Assembly (NCBI GenBank): GCA_965153285.1
Contig: OZ229110.1
DNA length: 64,000 nt
From: Podarcis tiliguerta
Taxonomy: Eukaryota
Strand: one strand, 5' to 3'
The translations under genes and the position numbers were made by a program. This document shows positions 49,445 to 61,444 of the stretch, piece after piece (the stretch's first letter is position 1; each line of letters starts with the position of its first letter). A model generated the notes under the pieces. The model ran no database searches. It saw only the letters and a list, made by a program, of their open reading frames with translations, and was not told the DNA's origin.

Positions 49445-49904
49445 AGGGATTGACTGTTAAACCACTCATAGGATTGCAGCGTGAGTGTGATTAAAGAACT
49501 GAAAGCGAAGAACAGCAATTGAAGAGTGCCAACCATCTGTCTGCAAACAAATAAATTGACAAGGCAATTATGCATCTGTCTATAAAGGAAGGAGGCAAGG
49601 AAGCCAGGAAGAGGAGACTAATAATGTCCAATTTAATCAGTTTAGACAAGGTCAACCAACAATGGAAAATAATACATTTTTAAGGCTACTTCAAGCCATT
49701 TTTCACAAGCATCTGAAGATTTTCCATGCCAAAACAACAACGTGCACATTGTCCCTTGGTCTAAAGTAGGATGATGCATATAGGGCAAGAGAGTTTTCCT
49801 CATAAAAATCTTTTAAGTCTCTACAACGGTAACTACCAGAATTTTATAAACACAAACAGGCACATTTTTAATTGAGGAGAACAGTTCAGGCTCTCATTCA
49901 TGTA

Positions 49905-50160
49905 CAGTGGTACCTCTGGTTACGAACTTAATTCGTTTCGGAGGTCCGTTCTTAAGGAACCATTCTTAACCTGAGGTACCACTTTAACTAATGGGGCCTT
50001 CCACTGCCACTGTGCCACCACCGCTGCGCAATTTCTGTTCTCATCCTGAGGTAAAGTTCTTAACCCGAGGTACTACTTCCGTGTTAGCGGTGTCTGTAAC
50101 CCGAAGTGTTTGTAACCCGAAGTGTTTGTAACCCGAAGTGTTTGTAACCTGAGGTGTTTG
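49905..50160. mobile_element. Tigger/pogo-type MITE variant
   Basis: TA-CAGTGGTACCTC start; four tandem 16-bp TGTAACCCGAAGTGTT units at the right end. Confidence 0.88.
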
Positions 50161-50244
50161 TACACCTATATCCTCAAAGCCATGAAACTAAGTTAAGACA
50201 TCCATCTTAACTTCCACACCATGGAAACAAAACATGTTCCATAT

Positions 50245-50380
50245 AAGCTTTTCCTACCCCCTGCCCTCTAGATGTTCCCGGACTACAACTACCATGATCC
50301 TCAACCATTAACCATGTTGGTTGGGGGTGATGGGAGTTGTCATCCAAAACACCTGCAAGGCACTAGGTTGTGGAAGGCTG
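50245..50380. mobile_element. Degraded palindromic hAT MITE
   Basis: GCCCTCTAGATGTT...GGACTACAACTACCATGATCC...TGATGGGAGTTGT...AGGTTGTGGAAGGCTG. Confidence 0.65.
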
Positions 50381-51904
50381 TTTGACAGTCTCACATATTG
50401 AATTAAGAGATTCGCCTACATAATGGGACTGGTGGAAGCTGACCCCTTCCTCTATTTGCCAGGCCTCAGAACGCTCTCCCCAAAAATATTCCTCTGATGG
50501 ACATGGGACCCTGCTGAGTGGGATGGGCTGTGTGGAGCAGGGTTTTGAAGGGGGTGGAAGACGTGTGAATGCAACTGGTATCTTCATTCTTCACTCTTTC
50601 CCCTCAGCACCCTAGTAGTGCTACAAAGTCGATCCCACTCAGCCACAAGGGACCCTAAATCTTTGCACACTGCACATACCTGTAAATCTGTGGCTGTGTG
50701 GAGCTGGGGGGGAACAGGATTGTGCAACATGAATTGCTTTAGTTACATATACTTAGCCTTAGCTAGAGTTGTACACAGAAATTGGGACAAAGGGTTCATG
50801 GAATGGGTGGGTTGTAGGAAGGAATTTTAAGGGGGGGAAGCACCATGTGTAGCACTATACTGTATGTAACTGGGGGGGGGGTCTTATTGTTGGCACCCTT
50901 CTGTCTCAAGTGACAATTGAGTGTGCCTTCAGGGGTCAAGTCAAACTGCTTCATTTGCAGCACCAAAGCGACTTCCCCAGGGTGCAAGCTTGGGCAGTAT
51001 GTATGTAGGTCCTGGGCTGCCCAGAGAACAAGACCTCACTGATATGGTCCAAAAGCAAGCAGAGCAATACATTTGACACCAACCAAAACCTGAAAATACA
51101 CTATATATTAATTTGTGGCATATATAAATACAAACGTACATTGATTTAGTCAATATATTGGTGCCACATGGCAAAATCCAATGATGACCACCTGCTTGTA
51201 CAATGGAGCTTGCTGTTTTCTTCTCCCCCAAGATCTGGAGGGTCCTGCAACCTGCTGAAGCTGATCCAAAGGGTTCCAGAGGTGCTACTGGAGGGGGGGA
51301 GAAGAAGGGGAAAGAGCAGCCCATTGTGGGACGTGATCATCTACTTGCACTACATTAGAGCTCACCCATAAAACAAAAGTTGCCTTAAAACATAATAAAT
51401 CCACCTGTAGATTGAGGAAGTAATAAGTTTTCTCCGTCGCAATCGATAAATGGATCCCGATTTAGTAGAAAATTACATTGCAGTAGTCTCTCTTTTCTCC
51501 ATCTCAGAAAATATGTCAATTTTTCCATTAAAGCAAGATCCAATCTTCTATTTATGCTTTTATTATTAGCACTCTTTGTAACCCCCATTCCTTTTTGTGT
51601 ATAATATTATCTCTGTTGTCACCTTGCATGAGGTTAACTCCTTATGATCTTATTTTACACTGCCATCCATATATAAAGCGTAAAGGGGTGTGTGTGGAAT
51701 ACTGGCTCTAATGGAAATTAATAATCTATCATCTTTGTATAATCTTTGATTTTATCTTTTTTCAGTATATCTTTGCTAACTGATATAGTCACCATATGTG
51801 ATAGCAATCCCCTCTCTCTTTCTGACATTTCCAACATATCTGTGTTCCAGATCATTACTGTTTATTACTATTTATAGTCATTGGTGTCTTATATCACCTT
51901 GCCA

Positions 51905-52513
51905 TTGTTGTTGTTGTTGTTTAGTCGTTTAGTCATGTCCGACTCTTCATGACCCCATGGACCAGAGCACGCCAGGCACTTCTGTCTTCCACCGCCTCCC
52001 GCAGTTTGGTCAGTCTCATGTTTGTAACTTCGAGAACACTGTCCAACCATCTCATCCTCTGTCATCCCCTTCTCCTTGTGCCCTCCATCTTTCCCAACAT
52101 CAGGGTCTTTCCCAGGGAGTCTTCTCTACTCATGAGGTGGCCAAAGTATTGGAGCTTCAGCTTCAGGATCTGTCCTTCCAGTGAGCACTCAGGGCTGATT
52201 TCCTTCAGAATGGATAGGTTTGATCTTCTTGCAGTCCATGGGACTCTCAAGAGTCTCCTCTAGCACCATAATTCAAAAGCATCAATTCTTCGGCGATCAG
52301 CCTTCTTTATGGTCCATCTCTCACTTCCATACATCACTACTGGGAAAACCATGGCTTTAACTATACGGACCTTTGTTGGTAAGGTGATGTCTCTGCTTTT
52401 TAAGATGCTGTCTAGGTTTGCCATCCCCTTTCTCCCAAGGAGCAGTCATCTTTTAATTTCATGACTGCTGTCACCATCTGCAGTGATCATGGAGCCCAAA
52501 AAAGTAAAATCTC
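51905..52513 (-). mobile_element. Bov-B LINE, 5'-truncated
   Basis: RT C-terminal translation RVPWTARRSNLSILKEISPECSLEG; (CAA)n tail; TSD TCACCTTGCCA at 51894-51904 and 52514-52524. Confidence 0.96.
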
Positions 52514-54528
52514 TCACCTTGCCACTACTGTATAATAATTTTGGCTTACAATCACGTAAAGAAAGTGTACCTGCTTTTCATATTTTGCCCAAACTTCCAT
52601 TAGAATATGTTGTCCTATTTCCTATCCCATTTAACCATAAATTTGTTCACTTTTACAGAGTCCGTATTGAATTTTAGTTTATTTATCCTTGTTGATATAT
52701 GCTATTTACTTTCTTGATTGGTTAAGTTCTTAAAATGTTAGTTTTCTCATCTTACAGTTAGTTCTATTTGCTTATTAGACATATTGAACCAGGGAGAACA
52801 CACCTGACCCAAACTACTTCTGATACTTGAGTATTCAACCATCTTATTTGGACAAACCAAGCCTGCATATCAGTCTGCCTGTCTATCTATCTATCTATCT
52901 ATCTGAAGCTCCTAGCCTGTCTACATTACATTGCAGATCAGTTTCAAGTTTGGGGGTTCCCTCCCCCCCCCAAAAAAAAATGAACACCAAAAAAACCACT
53001 CTTTATTAAGTCACCATTTATACCCTGTTGTGTTTGTTTTATTATTTTCTAAACTATGTCCTGATCAGTTTCAAGTTGAAGTAAACAGCAGCGGCACATG
53101 CTGTTTAGCATCTATGGGTCATATATACAGAAGCATACTCACTGCAATCATGAATTCCAATGGCTCACAGGTTTGCATTTCATTTGTAACTATTCAGTTT
53201 TAAAACTGCTATCAAACTTTTAGGAGACCCTGTGGCCATGTAGCTGAAGCCACTCTGTGTTTTGTTTCAACAGTGAGTCAGTTAAACATGATAGGCAAAT
53301 TGAGCGACCTGATACTGATATTTCCACATGGCAATCTCAGCCTAATGAAAATCCTCCTGGAAAAAGCCTGTGTTAGAATAGCTAAGCATCAATGTACACC
53401 TTTTATTCTAACCACAGAGCACTGCTTTGATTCAGGATTTATTGCAAAAATATAGAACTTTCTTCCTCAGTCATGAAGTCAGGGTGGTTTAGAATTCAGA
53501 GATGCCCACCCGTGAGTACAAACCGTCTTATACTTGCAGAAGGTGTTTTTTTTTTTTCCTTACTTCGAGATTCTTGCACAAGAAAGAGAACTAAAATTCA
53601 GAGGTGTGACTTTTCTTGCTCAAGACATGGCGCAAGGTCTTGTGGAAAGACAACAAAGAGTTGTTGACTGACATTTGGAGAGATTTCTGTTGTGTACAAT
53701 ATCCTTCATCTCCTGAATTTCCCCAAAGAAACCCGAAAAATGTTTACAGAACTAGAGATAGAGGCCCCATGCTAAGATATAATTAATGACAAGAAGCAGA
53801 ATGTAGTGTGTGACCCTGAACGATATGACACCATATGAAAAGGAACATAGGGAATGTGTGACTAGGCTTGATGAATTTTCCTAGCACTTAATAATTCATT
53901 CACAACAGGCTTGGTCTTTTATCAATACCAGCAGTAGTGTTTGATGCCTCAAACCCTGGATATGTTCTGTAAGAGCTATAAAGATATTATAAGCAAGCTG
54001 GTTTTAAAATGCTATAGCTGTTAAGCTGATATTTTCCGTTTTGTTGTAACACATTAAAAATTAGTCTATAGCGCTGTGAAATCAATTAATGTGAAACACA
54101 AGCCACTGATGAGAAAGCGTAAACAAACAAGCAAAAAGATGGCTCTGAGGGCTGGAAAACTACCACGTAATAAAGACTACTTTTCTAAATATGTATTCCT
54201 TTGCAACATCTATTTCTTTCATTTAGCAATGGGAAGCAACCTACTTTTGCCTCCCACCATTTCAAAATTTCTCAAATTCGCAGAATAATTTTAAAAAGAG
54301 TGCTGCTGTATCAGGCCCAACATGCTCCAGCACCATTTTCCCAATCCAAAATACCCCGGAGCTGCTTTTTATCAGGTATGTTTGCTCCACGTATGTGTCT
54401 GTAAACCCACTGACAGCTGTAATGAGTCATTTTAATAACATGTGATCTCCCATTGTCAAGTCTAGATTGGTCTTGCAAGCAGATGTTGGCGATCCAGATA
54501 TCAGAGACCTCCCAGCTCCTTTAATGTA

Positions 54529-54786
54529 CTGTATTTTTCGCTCTATAAGATGCACCAGACCATAAGACGCACCTAGTTTTTGGAGGAGGAAAACAAGAAA
54601 AGAAAATTCTGAATCCCAGAAGCCAGAACAGCAAGAGGGATCGCTGCGCAGCGAAAGCAGCAATCCCTCTTGCTGTTCTGGCTTCTGGGATAGCTGCAAA
54701 GCCTGCATTCGCTCCATAAGACGCACACACATTTCCCCTTACTTTTTAGGAGGGAAAAAGTGAGTCTTATAGAGCAAAAAATATGG
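54529..54786. mobile_element. Tc2/pogo-like MITE
   Basis: Same family and orientation as 48238-48495; TA TSD. Confidence 0.92.
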
Positions 54787-54807
54787 TATTTTAAAAGCAG
54801 ATGTGAG

Positions 54808-54975
54808 CAGTGGTGTAGCGTGGGGGGTGCAGGGGGGCCAGCCGCACCGGGCGCAACATCTGGGGGTTAGGGTTAGGGGGCACAAATCCACGGGTTAGGG
54901 GGCGCAAATCCACGGGTTAGGGGGCGCAAATTACTTGCCTTGGCCCGGGTGCTGACAACCCACGCTACACCACTG
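54808..54975. mobile_element. hAT (Tip100-like) MITE with TTAGGG-containing internal repeats
   Basis: Perfect 17-bp TIRs CAGTGGTGTAGCGTGGG / CCCACGCTACACCACTG; TSD GATGTGAG/GATGTTAG (54800-54807, 54976-54983). Confidence 0.88.
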
Positions 54976-57814
54976 GATGTTAGGGATCTTAACTGGAGCC
55001 ACACCATGGTGCTTGAAGCAGAGTTTTAAAAACAGCAGTGGGGAGGGGACTCAGCAGCTCAGGAGCCAAATGCAGCCTTCCAAATCTCTCCATCTGACTC
55101 TTGGGACTCTACCCCCAGGCCACAATCCTCATTGGCCCTGCTTCCTGCCCTCCTTGACTGTTTTGGCCTGGCTGGCATGTGTTCTTGAGCAACGGTAGTG
55201 CTCCCTGGGGCAAAGAGCAGCTGTGTATGGCAATAGCAGCCTGGATGGGAAGCTGGAGAAGTGTGTGTGGAAACTAGCCTACCATACAAAAGGAAAAGAA
55301 ATACACTTATTGTTCCATCTACTTCTAGCCCCAAACACCATTAGCATGTGCCCCCCCCAAAAAAAATAGCCTTGAAGGGAACGCAGCCCCCAGGATGATA
55401 AAGGTTTACCACTCCGTAAACTTGTCCCAGGCACACATTTTTCCACAGTGCAACCCAGCCCACACCCCCAAGCATTTATTTGTGCCTAGGAAAAGCCATA
55501 TGTACTGAGTACCCAATCACAGTTCTCTAATGTCTCATCTAATTTGGCCCAAAGCATCAAAACCAATTTCGCAACTATTCAAATAAACCAATCTAGATTT
55601 AAGTGCTTTTCATCTAAAGGGAAAAAAGTGAATCTTGCCTATTAAAGTTTCATATTAAGAAGGGGGGGGGGGGAGAGAGAGAGACTTGAGTTCCGGCAAT
55701 CATTACTGGAAGCAAAGTGGAGTAGAATGAAAACCTCTTTTTTATTTTTTTATTTTTAAAAGCTTTTTGATTTAATAGAGAAAAACCTTGAAGGCTTATT
55801 AATTTTCAGGAGCACTGGGAAGGCATTCACCTGTATTTTTTTTCCTACCTGTTTCTTCAAATCTCTAAATTGCATCCTATTTCTTGTGCTTAATATGAGC
55901 AGTTTATATGCTCTGCATTCATTCATTCTGCCTGTTTAGCAAACCGTGGAAATTCATCTCTTTTAAACACTGTAGGAGCTGATGAAATGAATTGACAGCT
56001 TCAGAAAAACTGGGTTTTGTTAGAGAAATGCAGCTCATGGGATTAGATGCTGCTGCTTTTTGCAGCTAGCGACAATGGTTCTCTAACAATTCCATTTCTC
56101 TCTAATATATGAAATTGCAAGAATGTCATCATGCTGCAGTTTGCTTGGCAGTAGACAGGTGGAGCTGCAAACTACAGTGTGATGAGCTGCTGGGATGAAA
56201 GGTGGGTGGGCAGCCCAGGAAAATACAGGAGGGATCCAGAGGGTGGATCCAGGGGCAGCCTACATGAGTGGTCCAGGTGAGGTGAGGAGGAGGGAGTCAG
56301 AGTACAGAGACACAGGCAGGGGAGCAGGTAGGACACAGAGCTGTAGAGTACAGACCTGTGCCTGAAAAATGCAACTCAAAAGGAAGTCTAAATGAGCCCT
56401 TTGCTTTAAAAGAAATGCAGAGAAATTGTACAATAGCTGGTTAGATAGAGGGTGTCCAGCAAGTTGGGAGGAGACCCAGCACTGTGATGGGGAAACTGTG
56501 ATGGAGTTGGTGAGCCACCAAAAGCAGTTTTGTAGAATGTGGGTTTGCCACCTTTGCTATAAGGACAGCTACTTAAGACAGCTATGTTTAAACATGTAAA
56601 AACATGATTGCTCAAACATATGGTGCTTGTGTTGTGAACACTATTTATACATAGCAGCTCTAAAGGAAATGGGGAAACACTTTTACTGCTTAAAGCTTCC
56701 CAGCTAAAGCAATGACCACCGCAGTGGTATACATTTCAGACATTAATATGTTTCAGTAGCAATTGATCGAGAACAATTCAGTGGATGAGTGGCTGTTGGC
56801 CAAAGCATTAACAGTTTCTTTGTCTTTATTCAAGAATGTTTACTTTCTCAAATCCCCTCTTCCTCCCTCCAAAACAGATGGCATTTGATTCCAGATCTGT
56901 CTGGGAAACAGCTTCTTTGAAAACATATTATGGCATCGGCATCTGGTGGTTGCTTCAGTTTCAGTCTGAGCAGTGTGTCTCCCCAGTCACTAGAAGTGAT
57001 TCAGTTCCTGAGATAATTTATTATGCCATCTCAGGTCACTCAGTGCAGTGAGCACCAAAAAATGTAAAAGAAGATAAATATAACATGAGTCTGTCACCGG
57101 AAAAGAGAATTGGGAGACGCACAAAGTGATTTAATGGAGAAGCAAAAATGGCTATCATCTGGCAAACATCACCCTAGAGAGCAAGATGAAATTAATGGCT
57201 AATAGATGGTAAGGCAAGATGTGAATGGGGGGAGATGTTCCCCAAACCCAGAGAATAAGGACAGAAGCGCCACGTACAATGATGGTTCTAAATAATAGTC
57301 ATGGTGTAACAGTGCAGAGAAGAGAGACTTTGCTGTGTGTGGAGGGGAAAGCAATGTGTGATGCCAAGGCTGAATAATCATGGCCATAGCCTGAAAGTCA
57401 TTCCCCTTGAACCCAGGTATGTTGTAGCTACCTGTTAGTGAAGGAAATTCACTTTTCTTCTCATGCTTAATGGTGCACTACTGCTGACCTGAGCATGGGG
57501 CTCAGCTCTGGCAAGGAAAAAAGGTTCCAGGGCTCCTGAATTCTAGCTCAAGATGAAATGCTGTGAAAATCAGGAGAGGAGATATGTGGGTGAGAAGACC
57601 AATGGCATTCCCTACGTTCAAACACAACGAAGAAGGCGACATGGAAATATTTTGTCTTTTCTTGAGGTAGTCTGCAATTTGTTTATAGGCAACATTGGGC
57701 AGTTAACATCAGTAGGTACTGGAACTTACGATGGCTGCCTAGAAACACTTATCTTCTGGATCAGCAGTATCCTACCCCTGAATACCAGCTGGTGAGGAAT
57801 AACTCATGGGCTGC

Positions 57815-57890
57815 CCATAGGTTGGCCACTGTGAGAAACAAGACACAGGACTAGATAGGCCTTTGGTCTGGCCCAGCAGGCTGCTGTCCA
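57815..57890 (+). mobile_element. CR1 LINE 3' end fragment
   Basis: GGTTGGCCACTGTGAGAAAC...GGACTAGATAGGCCTTTGGTCTGGCCCAGCAGG. Confidence 0.65.
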
Positions 57891-59160
57891 AGGTGCTGCT
57901 GTCAATGGGGAACTTCAGAACACCTGATCTCATGGCTTATGGTTCTTTATCTTTAAACCAGACTTGGGTTAGACAGCCCTTCAAAGAGACAGCTCCTTCA
58001 AACTTCAAATTGCTTGTTTTGATTTATTGTATTCCTCCCCCCCCCCCATTTTTATGGTTTTATCTTTTTGTAAACCACTTTGAGGGTTTGTTGTTGTTGT
58101 TTTTACAGTCAAGCAGTGTATAAATTTTATGAAATGCACGGGAGTCTACAAGATGGTACCTGTGACATCACATTGCTAATAAATAGAACACAATAAGTGA
58201 CCTCTTACCTATTGGATTCTGTTTTTATTTCTATTTAAATAAAATGTTTAGAGGCAGAGCATTCCCCTGTTGTGATGTTCAAGTACAAAATTCTTTTAAG
58301 TGCGGAACAAAGTGGCAGACATTATAACTCTCACAGCTCTGATGTGCTGCTTTCTGAAAAGCATGGACTTGCCTGTTTCCTTTAACGTTGCCTTTCTTAC
58401 AATCCTTATCCTTGGCGGTTGCAGCTGAAATATCTATGGGCCTAACTTACCAAGTCTTTATTTTAGTCTACCATTGATCACCGGATTGAGTCCTGCCGTA
58501 ACAAGACCGAAAGGCTTCATTTGACATCACTTTGTTTAAAAGTAGGCAATTGCTTGATACCTCATTGTCTTCAAAACTTAGCCCTGCAGCTAACCAACAT
58601 GTCATCACTCAGATTTTTATTGCTCTCTGTGGGGCATTAACAGCTTTAAAATGTTTTCTTTTTTCACTCAGAGAGCATGTAGAGGTGCTCCCCCCATCCC
58701 CTACAAAAAACCAACATCAAGAATCACAGTAGGCTACATTGAAGGATTTTTCTATTGTACACAGTGCTGATTCCAAGTGTTTAAAATGAGGCCTCCTCTG
58801 AAGTCCATTGAAGAAAACACTCGCATCCCTATTCCTTCTTTCTTAACTGACGAGCACATATAACCTGAGGCATCGTAACTTGAGGATCGACATCTGAGTT
58901 TCCAAGATATCTTTCAAGCCTAGGAAGAGCTAGATCTTCACAAATGCAACAAAACTAAAAATTGCCATCATCAACTGGATTAGAACATTCATTAAAACAG
59001 GTGCTATTTGAAGCTCGAAGGCAAGGAAATGAGTGAGCCAGCTCTACCAAAGTAGCCCCATAGTGTGCAGGTTTTCCAGCACAATTGCCTCTGATTAAAG
59101 AACAGATGTCCCTGAAAGACAGAAAGGGAGGAACCTGATGGCAATGATTTGATTCCAATG

Positions 59161-59376
59161 CAGTGATACCTCGGGTTAAGAACTTAATTCGTTCTGGAGG
59201 TCTGTTCTTAACCTGAAACTGTTCTTAACCTGAAGCACCACTTTAGCTAATGCTGCCGCTGCACCGCCAGAGCACAATTTCTGTTCTCATCCTGAAGCAA
59301 AGTTCTTAACCCGAAGCAATATTTCTGGGTTAGCAGAGTCTGTAACCTGAAGCATATGTAACCCAAGGTAGCACTG
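59161..59376. mobile_element. Tigger/pogo-type MITE
   Basis: CAGTGATACCTCGGGTTAAG ... AAGGTAGCACTG-TA; same family as 27663-27907. Confidence 0.9.
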
Positions 59377-60373
59377 TACTCACCCTTCACCCTAACATCC
59401 TAGGGCAGGTTACAGCCATTTAAAACACAGTGTTTAAACTTACAATTAAAAAGTTTCATAAAAAGAGGGGGAGCCCTGAAAATATACATCACAGGTATCA
59501 AAGGATATGGTGCATCCTTTTTCATGTGATAAGATGCCTCTTATCTGACTAAATTTTCATTGTTTGGAACTGGTCCCACCAGAGTGTAGCAGCCACCTCA
59601 GGCAACTTTTGACGAGGAGCACACAGCACGCAGAGCTATTTGCACCTTGTGGGCTGCCATGCAGGGGCTACACAGCATCTGCTGTCCTTGGCACTCCTTT
59701 ATAGTCATTTATATGCATGACGGGCCAGAACTAACTGCTGTTGCCTGCCTGAGGTTGCAAAACCAGAGATCAGAAGCATTAAAACAGGGGGTTGCCAAAG
59801 AAACACCCAGTGGTGCCAGGGCACCTTCCAGAGCCTCCTGTAGCACCTGCAAAAAGGCCCCCTCAAAACTCCACAATGCATGCTTGCTATTCCTGGTCAG
59901 TTCCTTTTTTTACTGGCTCTGCCTCTCCTCTCTTTTGAACATGCTCCCTTAAACATGCCAACATTTCACTGGATACCAGGATCTCACACCCATCCTCCCA
60001 TCTGTTCTGAACGGAAGAAATATTTTCTCTCTGTGAGCAAAGATGTGCTTTCTCAAAATTCCAAATGTGGCCACCGGCCCAAAAAGGTTGGAAACCCCTG
60101 GTCAAGTACTCACTGGTAATTCTTTTACCAGACAGTAGTAGCTCTACATATGCATCAATCAGCATAGATGTCTACACATCTGCACACATGGAAGCCTTTC
60201 CTTAAAACTGGGAACTCTGGGAAAGGCTGGCTGCTGGAAAGCAGGAAAACTCCGGTGTTCTACTGGAAAATTCTGCTGCAGTTTTCTGCACTCTGCTGAT
60301 CACACTGGTTGAAGTGTGGTGTGGTGTCAACAACAGGTTATGCGACAACTAACTTCTACAAGTCTAACAATAC

Positions 60374-60399
60374 GTGTGTGTGTGTGTGTGTGTGTGTGT
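60374..60399. repeat. (GT)n microsatellite
   Basis: Direct reading. Confidence 0.95.
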
Positions 60400-61007
60400 T
60401 ATATTCATTCATTTCCTTAGCTCAGCTTCACTGCTTTCATGCATCACCACACACAGTTAGGAAGGCCAGAGCAGCAGCATGCCAGACCCCTCCTCATTCA
60501 ACGGGTGCAAATTGGCATTCATATATTCACCTGCATGACTTCTTGCTTGCTGAACTGACTGGCAAAGCATGAGGTCAGAGAAGCAGCAGCAGCAGCAAAG
60601 GGAGAGAGAGGGTGGCAAGGGTGAGGCTTTGGAGTAGGAGACAAGGGGTTAGATGATGCATGAGAGTTGAGAGATGAAAGAGAAAAGGAGAAGGGGGAAA
60701 GAGTTGTGATGGGTACATAGAATATGAAGGACGCAGAATCGAAGGGGGAGAAGAGCTGGAGGCATGAAAGCTGCCTGAGATGGGAAAGAGACTTGCAAGC
60801 AGGGATCAAGAACATGAGGATTTTAGGGTTGGGGGTGTTAAAAAAATGACTGTTTTTGCAAGAGTGGAAAGCAGGGGAGTGTATATTGAGAGATGCTGAG
60901 GGAGCAGATGGGTACAAGGAGGTGTGATTTGGACAAAATGTGGCTTTTTCTTTGAAAGCCCTGGGAAGAGGGCTTTTTAATAGCTTTGGAAGAATGTGTT
61001 CATATAT

Positions 61008-61140
61008 TAAGGTTACCAGACATCCCCGTTTCCCGGGGACAGTCCCCGGATTTACAAATGAGTCCCCTGACAAAATCCATCTATTTAGTAGGAAGTTGAA
61101 AAGTGTCCCCGGATTCATTGAAAAAAATCTGTTAACCTTA
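61008..61140. mobile_element. hAT (Blackjack-like) MITE
   Basis: TIRs TAAGGTTACCAGA / TCTGTTAACCTTA; internal GTCCCCGGATT repeats; TSD not readable. Confidence 0.75.
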
Positions 61141-61444
61141 ACACACACACACATCTCCTGGGCCTTTTGAAGTAAGCTGTGCAGAAAACATTAGTCATTT
61201 TGTATGTATGATAACAAAGGGCAATTTGTAATAGGCTTCTTTTTCTGTCTCTGTAGCTGCTTCCACTGAATGGGGAATGAGAAATTAAAGGCAGATACAT
61301 TATGGTCATCAAAGTGGGAGGCTGGAAAGGGTTTAGCTGAACCCAAACATCATTTTGACTAATCCACCCTAAGGCTACAATCTTAAGCCTAAAGTAGGAA
61401 CCCTTGTGATGCATGTGGATGTCTTTTGTTTGGGGGGGGGGTGT

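Noticed and set aside
60519-61154. Longest ORF in the track (211 aa)
   Set aside because: Starts in a (TG)n run, crosses a hAT MITE and a purine/pyrimidine-skewed tract; low-complexity S/P/F/L composition and no domain.
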